From an uncultured Thermoplasmatales archaeon (GTDB taxonomy: Archaea > Thermoplasmatota > E2 > DHVEG-1), in assembly GCA_964467345.1 (NCBI GenBank), contig CAYXPY010000004.1:17358-81357 (forward strand): a stretch of DNA of 64,000 bases, in the 5' to 3' direction. Made by a program: the position numbers and the translations under genes. Below, piece after piece: positions 18,446-28,616 of the stretch. Position 1 is the stretch's first letter. Each line of letters opens with the position of its first letter. The notes under the pieces were generated by a model, which ran no database searches, was not told where the DNA came from, and saw only the letters and a list, made by a program, of their open reading frames with translations.

Positions 18446-21400
18446 ATGACGAAAAAAAAGGAAGGTATCGGAGCAGTCGCTGTAATCGGTGGTGGCATCG
18501 CCGGTGTTCAGGCTGCTCTTGACCTCGCGGACATGGGATACAAAGTCTATGTCCTTGAGAAATCACCGACCATCGGTGGCGTGATGGCTCAGCTTGACAA
18601 GACGTTCCCAACAAATGATTGTTCCATGTGCATCCTGTCCCCAAAGCTTGTGGACTGCGCACGTCATCAGAATATAGAGATTCTTACGAATGCATACGTC
18701 GAGGGTGTCGAGGGGACCGCAGGAAATTTTACCGTCAAGGTTCTGAAAAAACCCAGATACATCGACATAGAGAAATGCACCTCGTGTGGGAGCTGTGAGG
18801 ACGTCTGCCCAGTTTCCCTTCCAAATGCATTTGAATACGGGTTGGTGAAACGCAAGGCAATCTACAAACCGTTTCCACAGGCAATCCCCAATGCCTATGT
18901 CATCGACAAGGAAGGCGACGGGAAGCATCGCGGCTGTGTCGATTGTATGCGCTGTGTCAAAGAATGTAAGTCTGGTGCAATTAACCATGACCAAAAACCA
19001 GAGCACGTGCGCTTTCAGGTCGGTGCGGTCATCATCGCTGCAGGTTCACCTCCCTTTGACCCGGTGATAAAACCGGAGTTCGGGTACAAGAAATTTAAAA
19101 ATGTGCTTACTAGCGTTGAGTTCGAACGAGTCCTGTCTGCCTCCGGACCCACACAGGGCAAGATCCTCCGACCAAGTGACCAGAAACACCCGATACGCGT
19201 CGCCTGGGTTCATTGTGTCGGATCCCGTGATGCATCAGTCGGTCATGAATACTGCTCCGCGATGTGCTGTATGTACACCGCAAAGGAAGCAATCATCGCC
19301 AAAGAGCATGCATATGATATCGAGCCGACCGTGTTCTATATAGATATCCGTTCCTATGGCAAGGATTTTGACAAATACATAGAGCGGGCGAAAAAAGACC
19401 ATGGACTCCGCTACGTCCGATCCAGGATCTCAGAGATAACTGAGGATCCAAAAACAAAAGACTTAATCATAAAATATGAGGATGATGCAGGGAACTTCAA
19501 AGAGGAGACATACAACCTTGTGGTCCTATCAGTAGGATTATGTGGTGCTGGTGAACGTCGTAACGAGCTACTGGACATCCTTGGTTTTGATGCTAATGAA
19601 TTTTTGTTTGTCCGAACAAGCCCCGAGGATCCTGTCGTAATCAAACCAGGGATTTTCGTGGCCGGTTCTTTCCTGGAGCCACAGGCAATCCCGGAGTCAG
19701 TGATGCAAGCTTCTGCTGCGGCTGCCAATGCAGCAGCTTTGCTTAAGGACTCACGAGGGACACTTGTTAAAGAAAAGGTGTACCCCGTGGAAAAGAACGT
19801 ATCAGCCGAGAAACCCAGAATAGGCGTATTCCTTTGTAACTGCGGCATTAACATAGGTGGGTACGTCGACGTAACCGCGGTCGCTGAGTATGTGAAATCA
19901 TTACCCGATGTCGCATTCGTCGAGACGAACGTCTACACCTGCTCAGAAGATACACAGAAGAAAATCGTTGACGCGATACAGAAACATGATCTGAACCGCA
20001 TCTTGGTTGCCGCCTGCACTCCCCGGACACATGAACCTTTGTTTCAGAAAAGTCTCCGGGACGCGGGTCTGAACCCCTATTTACTTGAGATGACGAACAT
20101 CCGGGAGCAATGCTCATGGGTTCATATGGATGAACCCGCCAAAGCTACCGAGAAGGCAAAACAACTGATCGCGATGACCGTTGCCAAGACCCGGTTTTTA
20201 CAGCCCATTCAGGAAGCAGAGATCCCAGTGATCCAAAAAGCACTTGTGATCGGCGGGGGTATCGCCGGGATGACTGCAGCCTTATCTCTTGCGGAGCAGG
20301 GATATGAGACGGTCCTAGTGGAAAAAGAACCAAGACTGGGTGGGTACCTCCATAAGGTGTACTACACCGTTGATGGTATGGACATCCCACGACTGCTCAA
20401 AGACACGACCGGGAAGGTCATGAGCCATCCGCTCATCAAGGTGCATCTCAGCTCACAGGTCAAATCGTTAAAAGGCTATGTCGGGAGTTATGACTCAACC
20501 ATCCAGACCCCGACAGACGAGGTATCGTTTTCCCATGGCGTCATCATCGTTGCCCTTGGTGCTGATGAATACAAACCACACACCTATCATTATAACAAGG
20601 ACCCGCGGGTATTAACCCAGTCAGAGCTAGAAAAAGACCTCAGTGTCCTAAAAAAAGAGGACATCCGGGATGGCGAGACGTTCGTCATGATCCAGTGCGT
20701 GGAGTGTCGTGATGAGAAACGACCATACTGCAGTAGAATCTGCTGTATGCAGGCAGTGAAAAACGCACTGAAAATCAAGGAGTTAAATCCACGTGCCGAG
20801 GTATTTGTCTTATACCGGGATCTGATGACCTACGGTTTTAAAGAAAAGTTTTACAAGGATGCCCGTGAGAAGGGTGTCATGTTTCTCCAGTACGACCCGG
20901 AGAAGAAACCAGAGCTTGAGGCAAAGAACGGTCTTGTGGTAAAGGTCCATGAACCGATGCTTGGAGAGCTGTTGAAGATTCCTACAGACCATCTCATCCT
21001 TTCAACAGGGTTACAACCGAACCCTGATAACCCGGTTATCGGAAAACTATTGAAGGTCCCTGTAAACGATGATGGGTTCTTCCTTGAGGCCCATGTCAAG
21101 CTCCGTCCGGTTGATTTTTCAACCCGTGGGGTGTTTGTCGCCGGGAACTGCCATGTCCCTAAGTTTATCAGCGAGTCCATTTATCAGGCGCAGGCTGCTG
21201 CTGCGCGTGCCGCGACAATCCTGTGCAAACCAACGCTGAAAGCAGAGCCAAATGTCGCCTGTGTTGACGATGATCTCTGCAGTGGCTGTGGTATCTGTAT
21301 CTCTGTTTGTCCCTATAACGCCATCGAACGGGTCGAGGAAGAAATCGATGGTAAAAAAATGATTCATGCGAGGATAAATGAGGGGCTCTGCCAGGGATGC

Positions 21401-21499
21401 GGCACATGCGTGAGTGCATGCCCCAGCAGCGCGATTCAGCAGCGGGGGTTCAAAGACGCACAACTTCTTCCGATGATTGATCAAATAACATCAGAATAA
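18446..21499 (+). CDS. 1017-aa double HdrA-like flavoprotein (N-domain-less HdrA unit + complete HdrA unit)
   Basis: Unit 1 has 'VAVIGGGIAGVQAALDLADMGYKVYVLE..QLDKTFPTNDCSMCIL' and 'CTSCGSCEDVCP'. Unit 2 begins with 'RIGVFLCNCGINIGG' and has 'ALVIGGGIAGMTAALSLAEQGYETVLVE' and C-terminal 'CSGCGICISVCP..CQGCGTCVSACP'. Confidence 0.8.
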   Translation: MTKKKEGIGAVAVIGGGIAGVQAALDLADMGYKVYVLEKSPTIGGVMAQLDKTFPTNDCSMCILSPKLVDCARHQNIEILTNAYVEGVEGTAGNFTVKVLKKPRYIDIEKCTSCGSCEDVCPVSLPNAFEYGLVKRKAIYKPFPQAIPNAYVIDKEGDGKHRGCVDCMRCVKECKSGAINHDQKPEHVRFQVGAVIIAAGSPPFDPVIKPEFGYKKFKNVLTSVEFERVLSASGPTQGKILRPSDQKHPIRVAWVHCVGSRDASVGHEYCSAMCCMYTAKEAIIAKEHAYDIEPTVFYIDIRSYGKDFDKYIERAKKDHGLRYVRSRISEITEDPKTKDLIIKYEDDAGNFKEETYNLVVLSVGLCGAGERRNELLDILGFDANEFLFVRTSPEDPVVIKPGIFVAGSFLEPQAIPESVMQASAAAANAAALLKDSRGTLVKEKVYPVEKNVSAEKPRIGVFLCNCGINIGGYVDVTAVAEYVKSLPDVAFVETNVYTCSEDTQKKIVDAIQKHDLNRILVAACTPRTHEPLFQKSLRDAGLNPYLLEMTNIREQCSWVHMDEPAKATEKAKQLIAMTVAKTRFLQPIQEAEIPVIQKALVIGGGIAGMTAALSLAEQGYETVLVEKEPRLGGYLHKVYYTVDGMDIPRLLKDTTGKVMSHPLIKVHLSSQVKSLKGYVGSYDSTIQTPTDEVSFSHGVIIVALGADEYKPHTYHYNKDPRVLTQSELEKDLSVLKKEDIRDGETFVMIQCVECRDEKRPYCSRICCMQAVKNALKIKELNPRAEVFVLYRDLMTYGFKEKFYKDAREKGVMFLQYDPEKKPELEAKNGLVVKVHEPMLGELLKIPTDHLILSTGLQPNPDNPVIGKLLKVPVNDDGFFLEAHVKLRPVDFSTRGVFVAGNCHVPKFISESIYQAQAAAARAATILCKPTLKAEPNVACVDDDLCSGCGICISVCPYNAIERVEEEIDGKKMIHARINEGLCQGCGTCVSACPSSAIQQRGFKDAQLLPMIDQITSE

Positions 21500-21526
21500 A
21501 AAAACAATGGAGAAGGAGCGTAGGAC

Positions 21527-21925
21527 ATGAATATGGAGATTTCATTTCCAGGCGGGAAGAAAGTGGATGCAACCTATGAGGGTTTTCGTGTGCAGACGGA
21601 CCAGCCAGTCGTTGAGGGCGGATCAGGGTTTGCCCCGTCGCCCTTTGATTTGTTCCTTGTTTCGATTGGCACGTGCACTGGTTTTTATGTACTTAGTTTC
21701 TGCCAGAGGAACAACATTCCCACGGACTCTCTACGGCTGAGTGTAAGTTTTCAGAGGAATCCGGAGACGCATCTCATCGAAAACGTGCATATCGACATTC
21801 ATGTCCCAAAGGAGTTTCCTGAGAAATACAAAAACGCGGTGGTGAAAGCAGCCGGGCTTTGTACTGTAAAACGGAATCTGAAGAATCCACCGGAGATTGA
21901 GATTCAACTCATCACTAGTTCGTAG
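21527..21925 (+). CDS. OsmC/Ohr-family protein
   Basis: It is 132 aa and contains 'EGGSGFAPSPFDLFLVSIGTCTG', the OsmC Cys pattern. Confidence 0.7.
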   Translation: MNMEISFPGGKKVDATYEGFRVQTDQPVVEGGSGFAPSPFDLFLVSIGTCTGFYVLSFCQRNNIPTDSLRLSVSFQRNPETHLIENVHIDIHVPKEFPEKYKNAVVKAAGLCTVKRNLKNPPEIEIQLITSS

Positions 21926-21973
21926 TCAGTATCTTTATGTATTTGATTTCCATTGCCAGCAGAGGAGAGTATC

Positions 21974-23239
21974 ATGCCAGTAACGTTAGTGATAGGGACA
22001 CAATGGGGCGATGAAGGAAAAGGAAAGGTCGTTGACTATTATTCGAAGAACGCTGATTATGTCGTACGGTTCCAGGGTGGGAACAACGCAGGTCATACGA
22101 TCAAGGTAGGAGATGAAGTCTATAAACTCCATGTGGTTCCCTCAGGGGTTATCCAGGGAAAAACAGGGATCATCGGCAACGGTGTCGTCATCGACCCGGA
22201 AATTTTACTACAGGAAATAGATGAATTAATCCAACGAGGACTAAAACCGAAGATTTTTATCAGTGACCGTGCGAATATCATCATGCCGTATCATAAGCTA
22301 CTTGATGGTGCTGAGGAAGCCTCCCTGGGTGATAAGAAAATCGGCACGACAAAACGAGGCATTGGACCTTGTTACAGTGATAAGGTCGCCCGCAATGGTA
22401 TCAGAGCTATTGATCTGACCCAGAAAGAAACCTTACGTGACCTTCTTGCTCGCCTTGTACCCATGAAACAGAAAATGATAGATCTCCATGGAATGAAGAT
22501 AAAGCTTGATGAGAAAGAAATCCTAGAAACCTACAGCATGTATGGAAAACGGTTAAAGGGATATATCACCACGACTCATATTGAGCTGAACAATGCGATT
22601 CAGAAAAAGAAAAACATCCTTTTAGAGGGGGCGCAGGGGACAATGCTTGACGTGGAGTTCGGCACGTATCCGTATACGACGTCGTCTCATACAATCGCTG
22701 GAGGCTCAACTATCGGCGTTGGCATCGGACCACGTGTTATCAATGAGATAATAGGGATTGTAAAAGCATACACCACCAGAGTTGGTGAAGGGCCTCTTCC
22801 AACTGAGCTTCTTAACAAAACTGGTGAACATCTCCAGCAGGTTGGCCATGAGTTTGGCACCACCACAAGCAGACCCCGTCGTTGCGGATGGCTTGACCTT
22901 GTCGTCGTGAGGCATTCCTGTATGATTTCGGGTGTTTCAAAACTAGCGATAACCAAACTTGATGTGCTCAGTGGTTTACCAGAAATCAACGTGTGTACAG
23001 AGTATACTCTGAATGGCAAAAAAATCGATTTCTTCCCAGCAAACATCCAGGATGTATCAGCCTGCAAACCTGTATATACAACCTTCAAAGGGTGGAAGGT
23101 GATGAACCCTGCTACCCAGAGCCTCTCAGACCTACCAAAAGAGGCACAGGCCTATCTGCGTTTCATTGAAAAAGAAACAGAGGTCCCAATCGGACTTGTC
23201 TCGATTGGACCGGGAAGATCTGAGACCATCGAGGTTTAG
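21974..23239 (+). CDS. purA: adenylosuccinate synthetase
   Basis: 'GTQWGDEGKGK', 'GNNAGHT' and 'TTKRGIGP' are present. The start is set at MPVTLVIG, which has ggagag 6 nt upstream. Confidence 0.9.
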   Translation: MPVTLVIGTQWGDEGKGKVVDYYSKNADYVVRFQGGNNAGHTIKVGDEVYKLHVVPSGVIQGKTGIIGNGVVIDPEILLQEIDELIQRGLKPKIFISDRANIIMPYHKLLDGAEEASLGDKKIGTTKRGIGPCYSDKVARNGIRAIDLTQKETLRDLLARLVPMKQKMIDLHGMKIKLDEKEILETYSMYGKRLKGYITTTHIELNNAIQKKKNILLEGAQGTMLDVEFGTYPYTTSSHTIAGGSTIGVGIGPRVINEIIGIVKAYTTRVGEGPLPTELLNKTGEHLQQVGHEFGTTTSRPRRCGWLDLVVVRHSCMISGVSKLAITKLDVLSGLPEINVCTEYTLNGKKIDFFPANIQDVSACKPVYTTFKGWKVMNPATQSLSDLPKEAQAYLRFIEKETEVPIGLVSIGPGRSETIEV

Positions 23240-23475
23240 ATCAGTTGTTTAACGGAGAGGGCGGTCTGAACCCAACGAAGATATGAGTTGCACGCCGCTC
23301 TCAGAGAGCTGACATCCTCAGATTCTATCTGTACTGTAAGGGTTTTTTTATCTACAGAAAATGTAACAGAAGACTTTGGGATCTTATGTTTAATCTCAGG
23401 GGATAGCGATTGCTCTACCACAGCGGCATCTGATGAAGACGAAAAGAAAAAAAGAAATGTCGCTTTATGGGTCAT
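23236..23475 (-). CDS. pcc1: KEOPS subunit Pcc1-like
   Basis: It is 79 aa and 'SLRAACNSYLRWVQTA' matches the Pcc1 signature. Its ATG overlaps the rpoP stop (ATGA), and it sits in the exosome superoperon context. Confidence 0.55.
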   Translation of the reverse strand: MTHKATFLFFFSSSSDAAVVEQSLSPEIKHKIPKSSVTFSVDKKTLTVQIESEDVSSLRAACNSYLRWVQTALSVKQLI

Positions 23476-23612
23476 AGGCTTTTAATTCGCTTTGCGACCG
23501 TTGGACGTTCTTTATAGAAGACCTTGCTTCCGCAGTACGGACATTGCATCCCGATGTTCTTGACATCGAACTGGACCGCTTTCTTACACAACCCACATTT
23601 ATACCTGGTCAC
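23472..23612 (-). CDS. rpoP: RNA polymerase subunit P (Rpb12-like zinc ribbon), 46 aa, GTG start; absent from the ORF track
   Basis: The minus-strand translation is VTRYKCGLCKKAVQFDVKNIGMQCPYCGSKVFYKERPTVAKRIKSL*. GGAGG lies 7 nt upstream, and there are 4-nt overlaps with rpl37ae and pcc1. Confidence 0.8.
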   Translation of the reverse strand: MTRYKCGLCKKAVQFDVKNIGMQCPYCGSKVFYKERPTVAKRIKSL

Positions 23613-23902
23613 TTGGATTCCTCCTCAACAGGGGTCTCGACAGGGAGTCCTTTGAGGATTCGTTCAGCGGTGATCCCAGATGGCGTCGTAGGAAGGTATG
23701 CCCCACCAGCAAAGACATTGCCGCATTTTGAGCATTCCCAGATGCTGGTGCTTGTACGTTGGACTGTTTTCTGACCGCATTGGGGACAGGCATGGCGGAG
23801 TCGTTGTTGGTTTTCTACTTCTCGGACCATGGTCCTTGATTTCACACCATATCTGGATGCGTATCGGCCAGAGGTGCCAACTTTCTTGGTTCGTTTTGAC
23901 AT
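23609..23902 (-). CDS. rpl37ae: 50S ribosomal protein L37Ae (eL43)
   Basis: It carries the C4 zinc ribbon 'CPQCGQ..CSKCG' and a basic N-terminus. Confidence 0.9.
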   Translation of the reverse strand: MSKRTKKVGTSGRYASRYGVKSRTMVREVENQQRLRHACPQCGQKTVQRTSTSIWECSKCGNVFAGGAYLPTTPSGITAERILKGLPVETPVEEESK

Positions 23903-23903
23903 G

Positions 23904-24707
23904 TTATTTCCCTATACTTTGATAAAGTCTCTTTCGTATTTCTTGCCCGTTATCAAGAGCTCCTTTTATAACTTTTTGTATCTCATCCCTGGTAAAGCTG
24001 CCTGCAAGCCCTTTTTGCATCGCTCGGATATCACCTTTATGATCTGTTGCTACCGTAAGTCTGGCGTCTGCGATAATTTCTTCATCAAAACAGGGGTCAA
24101 AGAGGACAAAATCATTTATTTTGACGGCTGTGCATGAAATGGGTGGCTCTGACATAGGTAATGGAAAATCCTCTTTTTGATATTCTTCCGGGAGTTGTTC
24201 ACTGAATCGTTTTGCAGGGATAACGGTCGTTGACAATGCAGCAAGAGCTCCAAGGGACGCCGCATCGAAGAGGTTCCCATCATAGTCAAGTATATGGATA
24301 TCGATGAACACGATCCACACCTGCTCACCAGGGGTGATTACAAGCTTCTCGACATCAACAACTTGGGATTCACGCACACCTCGATCCACAACCCGAGCAA
24401 GTTCGATAGCATCCTCCCTTGGAGGACCAGACTCAAAATCAGGTGACGCAAGAGGAATCAGCTCAGCAGCTGTACTTAAAACACCCATGTTCGGGGAATC
24501 CGCGAAAGGCTCACCAAGGTCAATCTTGATTCCGACAAGAACCTGCGTATTACCAATCTTCACCCGAGCGGAGCCTTCCGCCTTATTGACGACCTTTGTC
24601 TCAATCTCTATGTTCCGATACGTATCAAACGTTCGTCCGTCGATGCGTTTCCCTTGTTCAGCAAGCTTTGTGATATAATCATGTTTTATTGCAGGAACTA
24701 TAGTCAT
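23904..24707 (-). CDS. rrp42: exosome complex component Rrp42 (inactive RNase PH subunit)
   Basis: It has an RNase PH fold with '[14 protein letters not shown]' and '[15 protein letters not shown]'. Confidence 0.85.
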   Translation of the reverse strand: MTIVPAIKHDYITKLAEQGKRIDGRTFDTYRNIEIETKVVNKAEGSARVKIGNTQVLVGIKIDLGEPFADSPNMGVLSTAAELIPLASPDFESGPPREDAIELARVVDRGVRESQVVDVEKLVITPGEQVWIVFIDIHILDYDGNLFDAASLGALAALSTTVIPAKRFSEQLPEEYQKEDFPLPMSEPPISCTAVKINDFVLFDPCFDEEIIADARLTVATDHKGDIRAMQKGLAGSFTRDEIQKVIKGALDNGQEIRKRLYQSIGK

Positions 24708-25438
24708 TCTTGCACCTCCGCGGCAACAGACTGATACTTTTCCATGATTGCCTTCTTTTGAAGTTCAGAGACGGTATGACACCCTTTCAAAGCAAGGTCA
24801 AATGCCTGATTGAACTCATCAAAGGTGAGATGACCATCCATCTGCAACAACAGCACTTCTCCGGTTCTAGGCGATATCGCTATCGGGAGGTCTGCATCAC
24901 CATAATTATCCTCCTCTTTCCCAAGGTCAAGGACGACCTGCCCACCGATTTTTCCTGCTGCACATGCGACCGGGATGTCACGCATGGGAATACCTGCATC
25001 AACCAATGCAACACCCGCCGCAGTAAGCCCCGCACAACGGGTCCCTGCCTCAGCATCCAGTACCTCGATGTTCACGTCAATGCTAGCCCGTGGGAATTGC
25101 TCGGTCAGAACGACTCTCTCCAATGCCTCAGAGATGACCTTTGAGATTTCCACACTCCGTCGGTCTGGACCAGGGCGCTTACGGTCCTCAACACTAAACG
25201 CGGCCATATTATACCGTGCTTGAACAATTGCTCTCAGGGGATTTTGGGTGTGTCTTGGGACAGCTTCCCGGGGCCCGTAGACCGCAGCAATAACCTTATT
25301 GCCACCCCATTCGAGGTAACAAGAGCCGTCTGCTCGATGTAGCACACCGGCTTGGATTTTTATTTTGCGTAAATCATGTGGACCCCGTCCATCTGATCGC
25401 TTTCCTTCACTGTTTATTAACTCTATGTCTGATTTCAT
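24704..25438 (-). CDS. rrp41: exosome complex exonuclease Rrp41 (RNase PH)
   Basis: '[45 protein letters not shown]' is present. Confidence 0.9.
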   Translation of the reverse strand: MKSDIELINSEGKRSDGRGPHDLRKIKIQAGVLHRADGSCYLEWGGNKVIAAVYGPREAVPRHTQNPLRAIVQARYNMAAFSVEDRKRPGPDRRSVEISKVISEALERVVLTEQFPRASIDVNIEVLDAEAGTRCAGLTAAGVALVDAGIPMRDIPVACAAGKIGGQVVLDLGKEEDNYGDADLPIAISPRTGEVLLLQMDGHLTFDEFNQAFDLALKGCHTVSELQKKAIMEKYQSVAAEVQE

Positions 25439-26127
25439 TATCTTACATCCTTTGCATCTTTTTTCAAGAATTCTTCTATCCTATCGGTGAGCCCAAAGCT
25501 GATGGCTTCACGTTCGATCATTGAGATTGCAGCCAACACCCTTTCGATGCCATCAGTATCTCCATCGATCCAGATGCGCCCGTTTTTCCCAACCTTTATC
25601 CGACAACGGGTATATTTCTGAATAATCTCAATCATCGAATATTTCTTACCCATAATCCGGCGGTACACCGAGGGCTCAAATTCTATCAGATGACCCCCTT
25701 TAAGTTTGAACAGATTACGGTCATTAAGCGTGATCTGAAGTTTCTTCGATTCATCAACCGAGAGAACCTTCGCCAGTATGGTATCACCAGTGTTTAAATA
25801 CTTTTCCGTATCAGCAAATTCGATCTCCCAGGGAACCTCATGGACATGCAAGAGCGCAGGGTATGGTGCGTTGATATCAACCATCCAATTCGAGGTTGAT
25901 GCTTCCTCGACGACACCAATGACAAAATCACCTACAATCGGATCATATCGTCCCTTCAAGGAGATAATATGAATGAATTTGTCTTGTATGTTGAGCACCC
26001 CAAGCCGCTCGGCAAATATCTTTTTGTTTTCCACAAACGTTCCCCGACCAGGTCTGAATGCTGGTATTTCACCTAACACCTGTCCCGGAATGACTACTTG
26101 ACGTCCTTCATTTGACATAAAATTCAA
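25438..26127 (-). CDS. rrp4: exosome RNA-binding subunit Rrp4 (S1+KH)
   Basis: It has an N-terminal region followed by S1 and KH domains, with 'VIPGQVLG' and 'GDFVIGVV'. Confidence 0.85.
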   Translation of the reverse strand: MNFMSNEGRQVVIPGQVLGEIPAFRPGRGTFVENKKIFAERLGVLNIQDKFIHIISLKGRYDPIVGDFVIGVVEEASTSNWMVDINAPYPALLHVHEVPWEIEFADTEKYLNTGDTILAKVLSVDESKKLQITLNDRNLFKLKGGHLIEFEPSVYRRIMGKKYSMIEIIQKYTRCRIKVGKNGRIWIDGDTDGIERVLAAISMIEREAISFGLTDRIEEFLKKDAKDVR

Positions 26128-26144
26128 TATCCTTCTTCATAAAC

Positions 26145-26840
26145 CTATTTTAGAATTCTTGTTTCAATGTTCCCTTTTGTAAGGGTGTTAAGCCTGTCAT
26201 AAAAATCCGTTTGCATACCTGCAGGTAACTTTACGATACCAATCCATGTACCATCTGACTGCCATTCCTCCCGTTCCAACGTGCCAAAACTCCGTACAGC
26301 ACCATATGCCTTCCCTACGTATTCAGGCGGAATCTTCACGGAGATGCGTGACTGTTCCATCGAGATAGGTAAAATAGGCCGAAGGTGCTCAAGGATGGTT
26401 TTCATCTGCTGATTCACTGACTTAAACGGATCGATATGAACTTTTATCTCATCCAAAGCAAGCTCGATACGGGTCCGGGGATGTGGCATCTTTGTCTGCG
26501 GGTCCATCGCGTTCTTCACAATAAGATCAACAATTCGTTTCCTTTTTTTCTCCTGCATCTCGCGACGCTGCTCGGTGGTAAGCTGGATTTCTCCTTTCTG
26601 GATAATCTCTTTGGCGATTGTTGGGACATCAGTAGTGTTGAAATGCTTCTGCAATGATTCGACAGGTGCATGAGTTCCCTTCTTAGAATCGCTAAACACT
26701 GCATCAATCGCAAGAGCAGAGAGGATGTTTTCTGTTTTTCCTTCTATGATATGCTCTGCCTCGTGAGGATCCACGAGTATCTCGAAGCGATCTGCCCCTT
26801 TATGTAACCGTGCTATCACTGCGTTTTCTAAACTAACCAA
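26145..26840 (-). CDS. sdo1: ribosome maturation protein SDO1/SBDS
   Basis: It is 231 aa with an SBDS N-terminus 'ARLHKGADRFEILVDP', in superoperon context. Confidence 0.8.
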   Translation of the reverse strand: MVSLENAVIARLHKGADRFEILVDPHEAEHIIEGKTENILSALAIDAVFSDSKKGTHAPVESLQKHFNTTDVPTIAKEIIQKGEIQLTTEQRREMQEKKRKRIVDLIVKNAMDPQTKMPHPRTRIELALDEIKVHIDPFKSVNQQMKTILEHLRPILPISMEQSRISVKIPPEYVGKAYGAVRSFGTLEREEWQSDGTWIGIVKLPAGMQTDFYDRLNTLTKGNIETRILK

Positions 26841-26842
26841 CC

Positions 26843-27565
26843 TTACTTTCCTCCAATCGCCTTCGTCACATAAGTTTTTGTTTCTGAGACGGAAAGAATA
26901 TGGAATTTGACACCTTTTTTCACGACACCGATTTCAATCGCGTCAGGATTCAACTTCCCCTCTGTGCCCTTATGTAATGCTTTTATCCCAAGATCGATTG
27001 CCTCTTCCATGGAGACATTCTCTTTATAGTGTTCCTCGAAATACGCCATCGCACCAGTGCGCCCTGCTCCTTCACTTGCAGCTTTATACTCCATCAACGC
27101 CCCGGAGGGGTCAGTGGAAAACAATCGAGCACCCGTCTGATCCACACCAGCGATTAACAATGCAGTCCCAAAGGGTCGAACACCACCATATTGAGTATAG
27201 GTCTGCTTGAAGTCGCAAATGCGTTTTACCAGCGTCTGAACCTGGATTTTCTCACTGTAGGTGATTTCGTTAATCTGTGCGTCCAACCGGGCTCGATCAA
27301 TCAAGGAACGCGCATCAGCGACTAGACCAGATGTGGCACATCCAATATGGTCATCGATGACGAAAATCTTCTCAATAGAATCTGGTTCAATAAGTCGAGA
27401 TGTAATCCGTTTATCAACAATTAAAATCGCACCATCCCGGAATTTCACCCCAACAGTCGTTGTCCCGCGTTTAACTGCTTCTCGAGCATATTCTACCTGG
27501 AATAACCGTCCATCCGGGGAAAATACGGTAATCGCTCTATCGTACGCCATATTTGATGGTTGCAT
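26843..27565 (-). CDS. psmA: proteasome subunit alpha
   Basis: '[29 protein letters not shown]' is present. From memory, the N-terminus closely resembles Thermoplasma-type PsmA. Confidence 0.9.
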   Translation of the reverse strand: MQPSNMAYDRAITVFSPDGRLFQVEYAREAVKRGTTTVGVKFRDGAILIVDKRITSRLIEPDSIEKIFVIDDHIGCATSGLVADARSLIDRARLDAQINEITYSEKIQVQTLVKRICDFKQTYTQYGGVRPFGTALLIAGVDQTGARLFSTDPSGALMEYKAASEGAGRTGAMAYFEEHYKENVSMEEAIDLGIKALHKGTEGKLNPDAIEIGVVKKGVKFHILSVSETKTYVTKAIGGK

Positions 27566-27698
27566 TTTTTATTTCACCTCATCTTTTCTTCTGTTTTTCT
27601 CACTACTGTCTCTTAATTTTAACCATGAATGCGCTTTTCATGTATATAGTTTGTGTTTAGCATTCCATATACAAAAAATAAGAGTTGAGAAAACCAGG

Positions 27699-28328
27699 TT
27701 AAACCCCTTTTTTTGTCCCCCAAATCAGCTTGTGAATCTGCAATGAAAGTCGGACTGATAAGCCATCCTTAAGAATCCATGAGGCAAGCTTTTCAGGGTT
27801 CGTCCCCCAGACCGGTTGGAAGAAGACCATACACACAGGGTGATAGTCCATCAGTATTTGTTTTGCGTACTCGTAATCCTTCCTGTTTTTTATGATGAAT
27901 TTGAGCTGGTCTTTTTTTGTAAGAGCACCTACGTTTCCCATATTCATCTTTCCATGAGAACCTGAGGAGGGACATTTAATATCAAGGGAAAGCACCACTT
28001 TTTTTTTATCTGCATATCTCCTGATGTCCCTGGTTCCATTCGTTTCAAGGCACACGGTGTATCTCTTTTTCAACAGAGTATCGATTAATCGCGGTGTGTC
28101 TTTTTGAAGGAGTGGTTCACCACCAGTGAGACACACATTCGAACAAGGGAATTTTTTTATTTCACCAAGGATCTCTGGTATTGTCATCGTTGTGCCTTTT
28201 TCGTATGCATAGGTGGTGTCACAATAGGTGCAGCGAAGATTACAACCTGAGACCCTCACAAAAACACTTGGGGCGCCGACCAACACTCCTTCACCTTGGA
28301 GCGAATAGAATATTTCATTGATTTTCAT
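27699..28328 (-). CDS. queE: 7-carboxy-7-deazaguanine synthase QueE (radical SAM)
   Basis: 'VFVRVSGCNLRCTYCDT' gives the CxxxCxxC radical-SAM motif. The start is set at MKINEIF rather than the upstream ORF-track start. Confidence 0.85.
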   Translation of the reverse strand: MKINEIFYSLQGEGVLVGAPSVFVRVSGCNLRCTYCDTTYAYEKGTTMTIPEILGEIKKFPCSNVCLTGGEPLLQKDTPRLIDTLLKKRYTVCLETNGTRDIRRYADKKKVVLSLDIKCPSSGSHGKMNMGNVGALTKKDQLKFIIKNRKDYEYAKQILMDYHPVCMVFFQPVWGTNPEKLASWILKDGLSVRLSLQIHKLIWGTKKGV

Positions 28329-28470
28329 TTCCAGGATGTATTTGGATAGCTGATTAAAATTTTTGGGAAGGCAGAAAAAAGGGTCAAACACTCATCCTGA
28401 TAAGATGTAAAAATATTTATAGGGGAAATTGTATTACGGGTAAGCCGTCCCAACGTTACTTGATATAGAG

Positions 28471-28480
28471 TATAGTATAT
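28471..28480 (+). promoter_or_regulatory. TATA-like box for tRNA-Lys
   Basis: 'tatagtatat' lies about 30 nt upstream of the mature tRNA 5' end. Confidence 0.35.
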
Positions 28481-28508
28481 CAAAACAGTAAAACTGTGGC
28501 CCATCTTT

Positions 28509-28582
28509 GGGCCTGTAGCTCAGCTAGGTAGAGCATCTGGCTTTTAACCAGGTGGCCAAGGGTTCGAATCCCTTCAGGCCCG
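28509..28582 (+). tRNA. tRNA-Lys (anticodon TTT)
   Basis: Folded by hand. The acceptor pairs gggcctg/caggccc, the D stem gctc/gagc, the anticodon stem tctgg/ccagg around loop cttttaa, and the T arm aaggg-ttcgaat-ccctt. The discriminator is g and no CCA is encoded. Confidence 0.85.
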
Positions 28583-28616
28583 CCTTTCCTCACAAGGAAC
28601 GTAGGAGGAATGTAAT

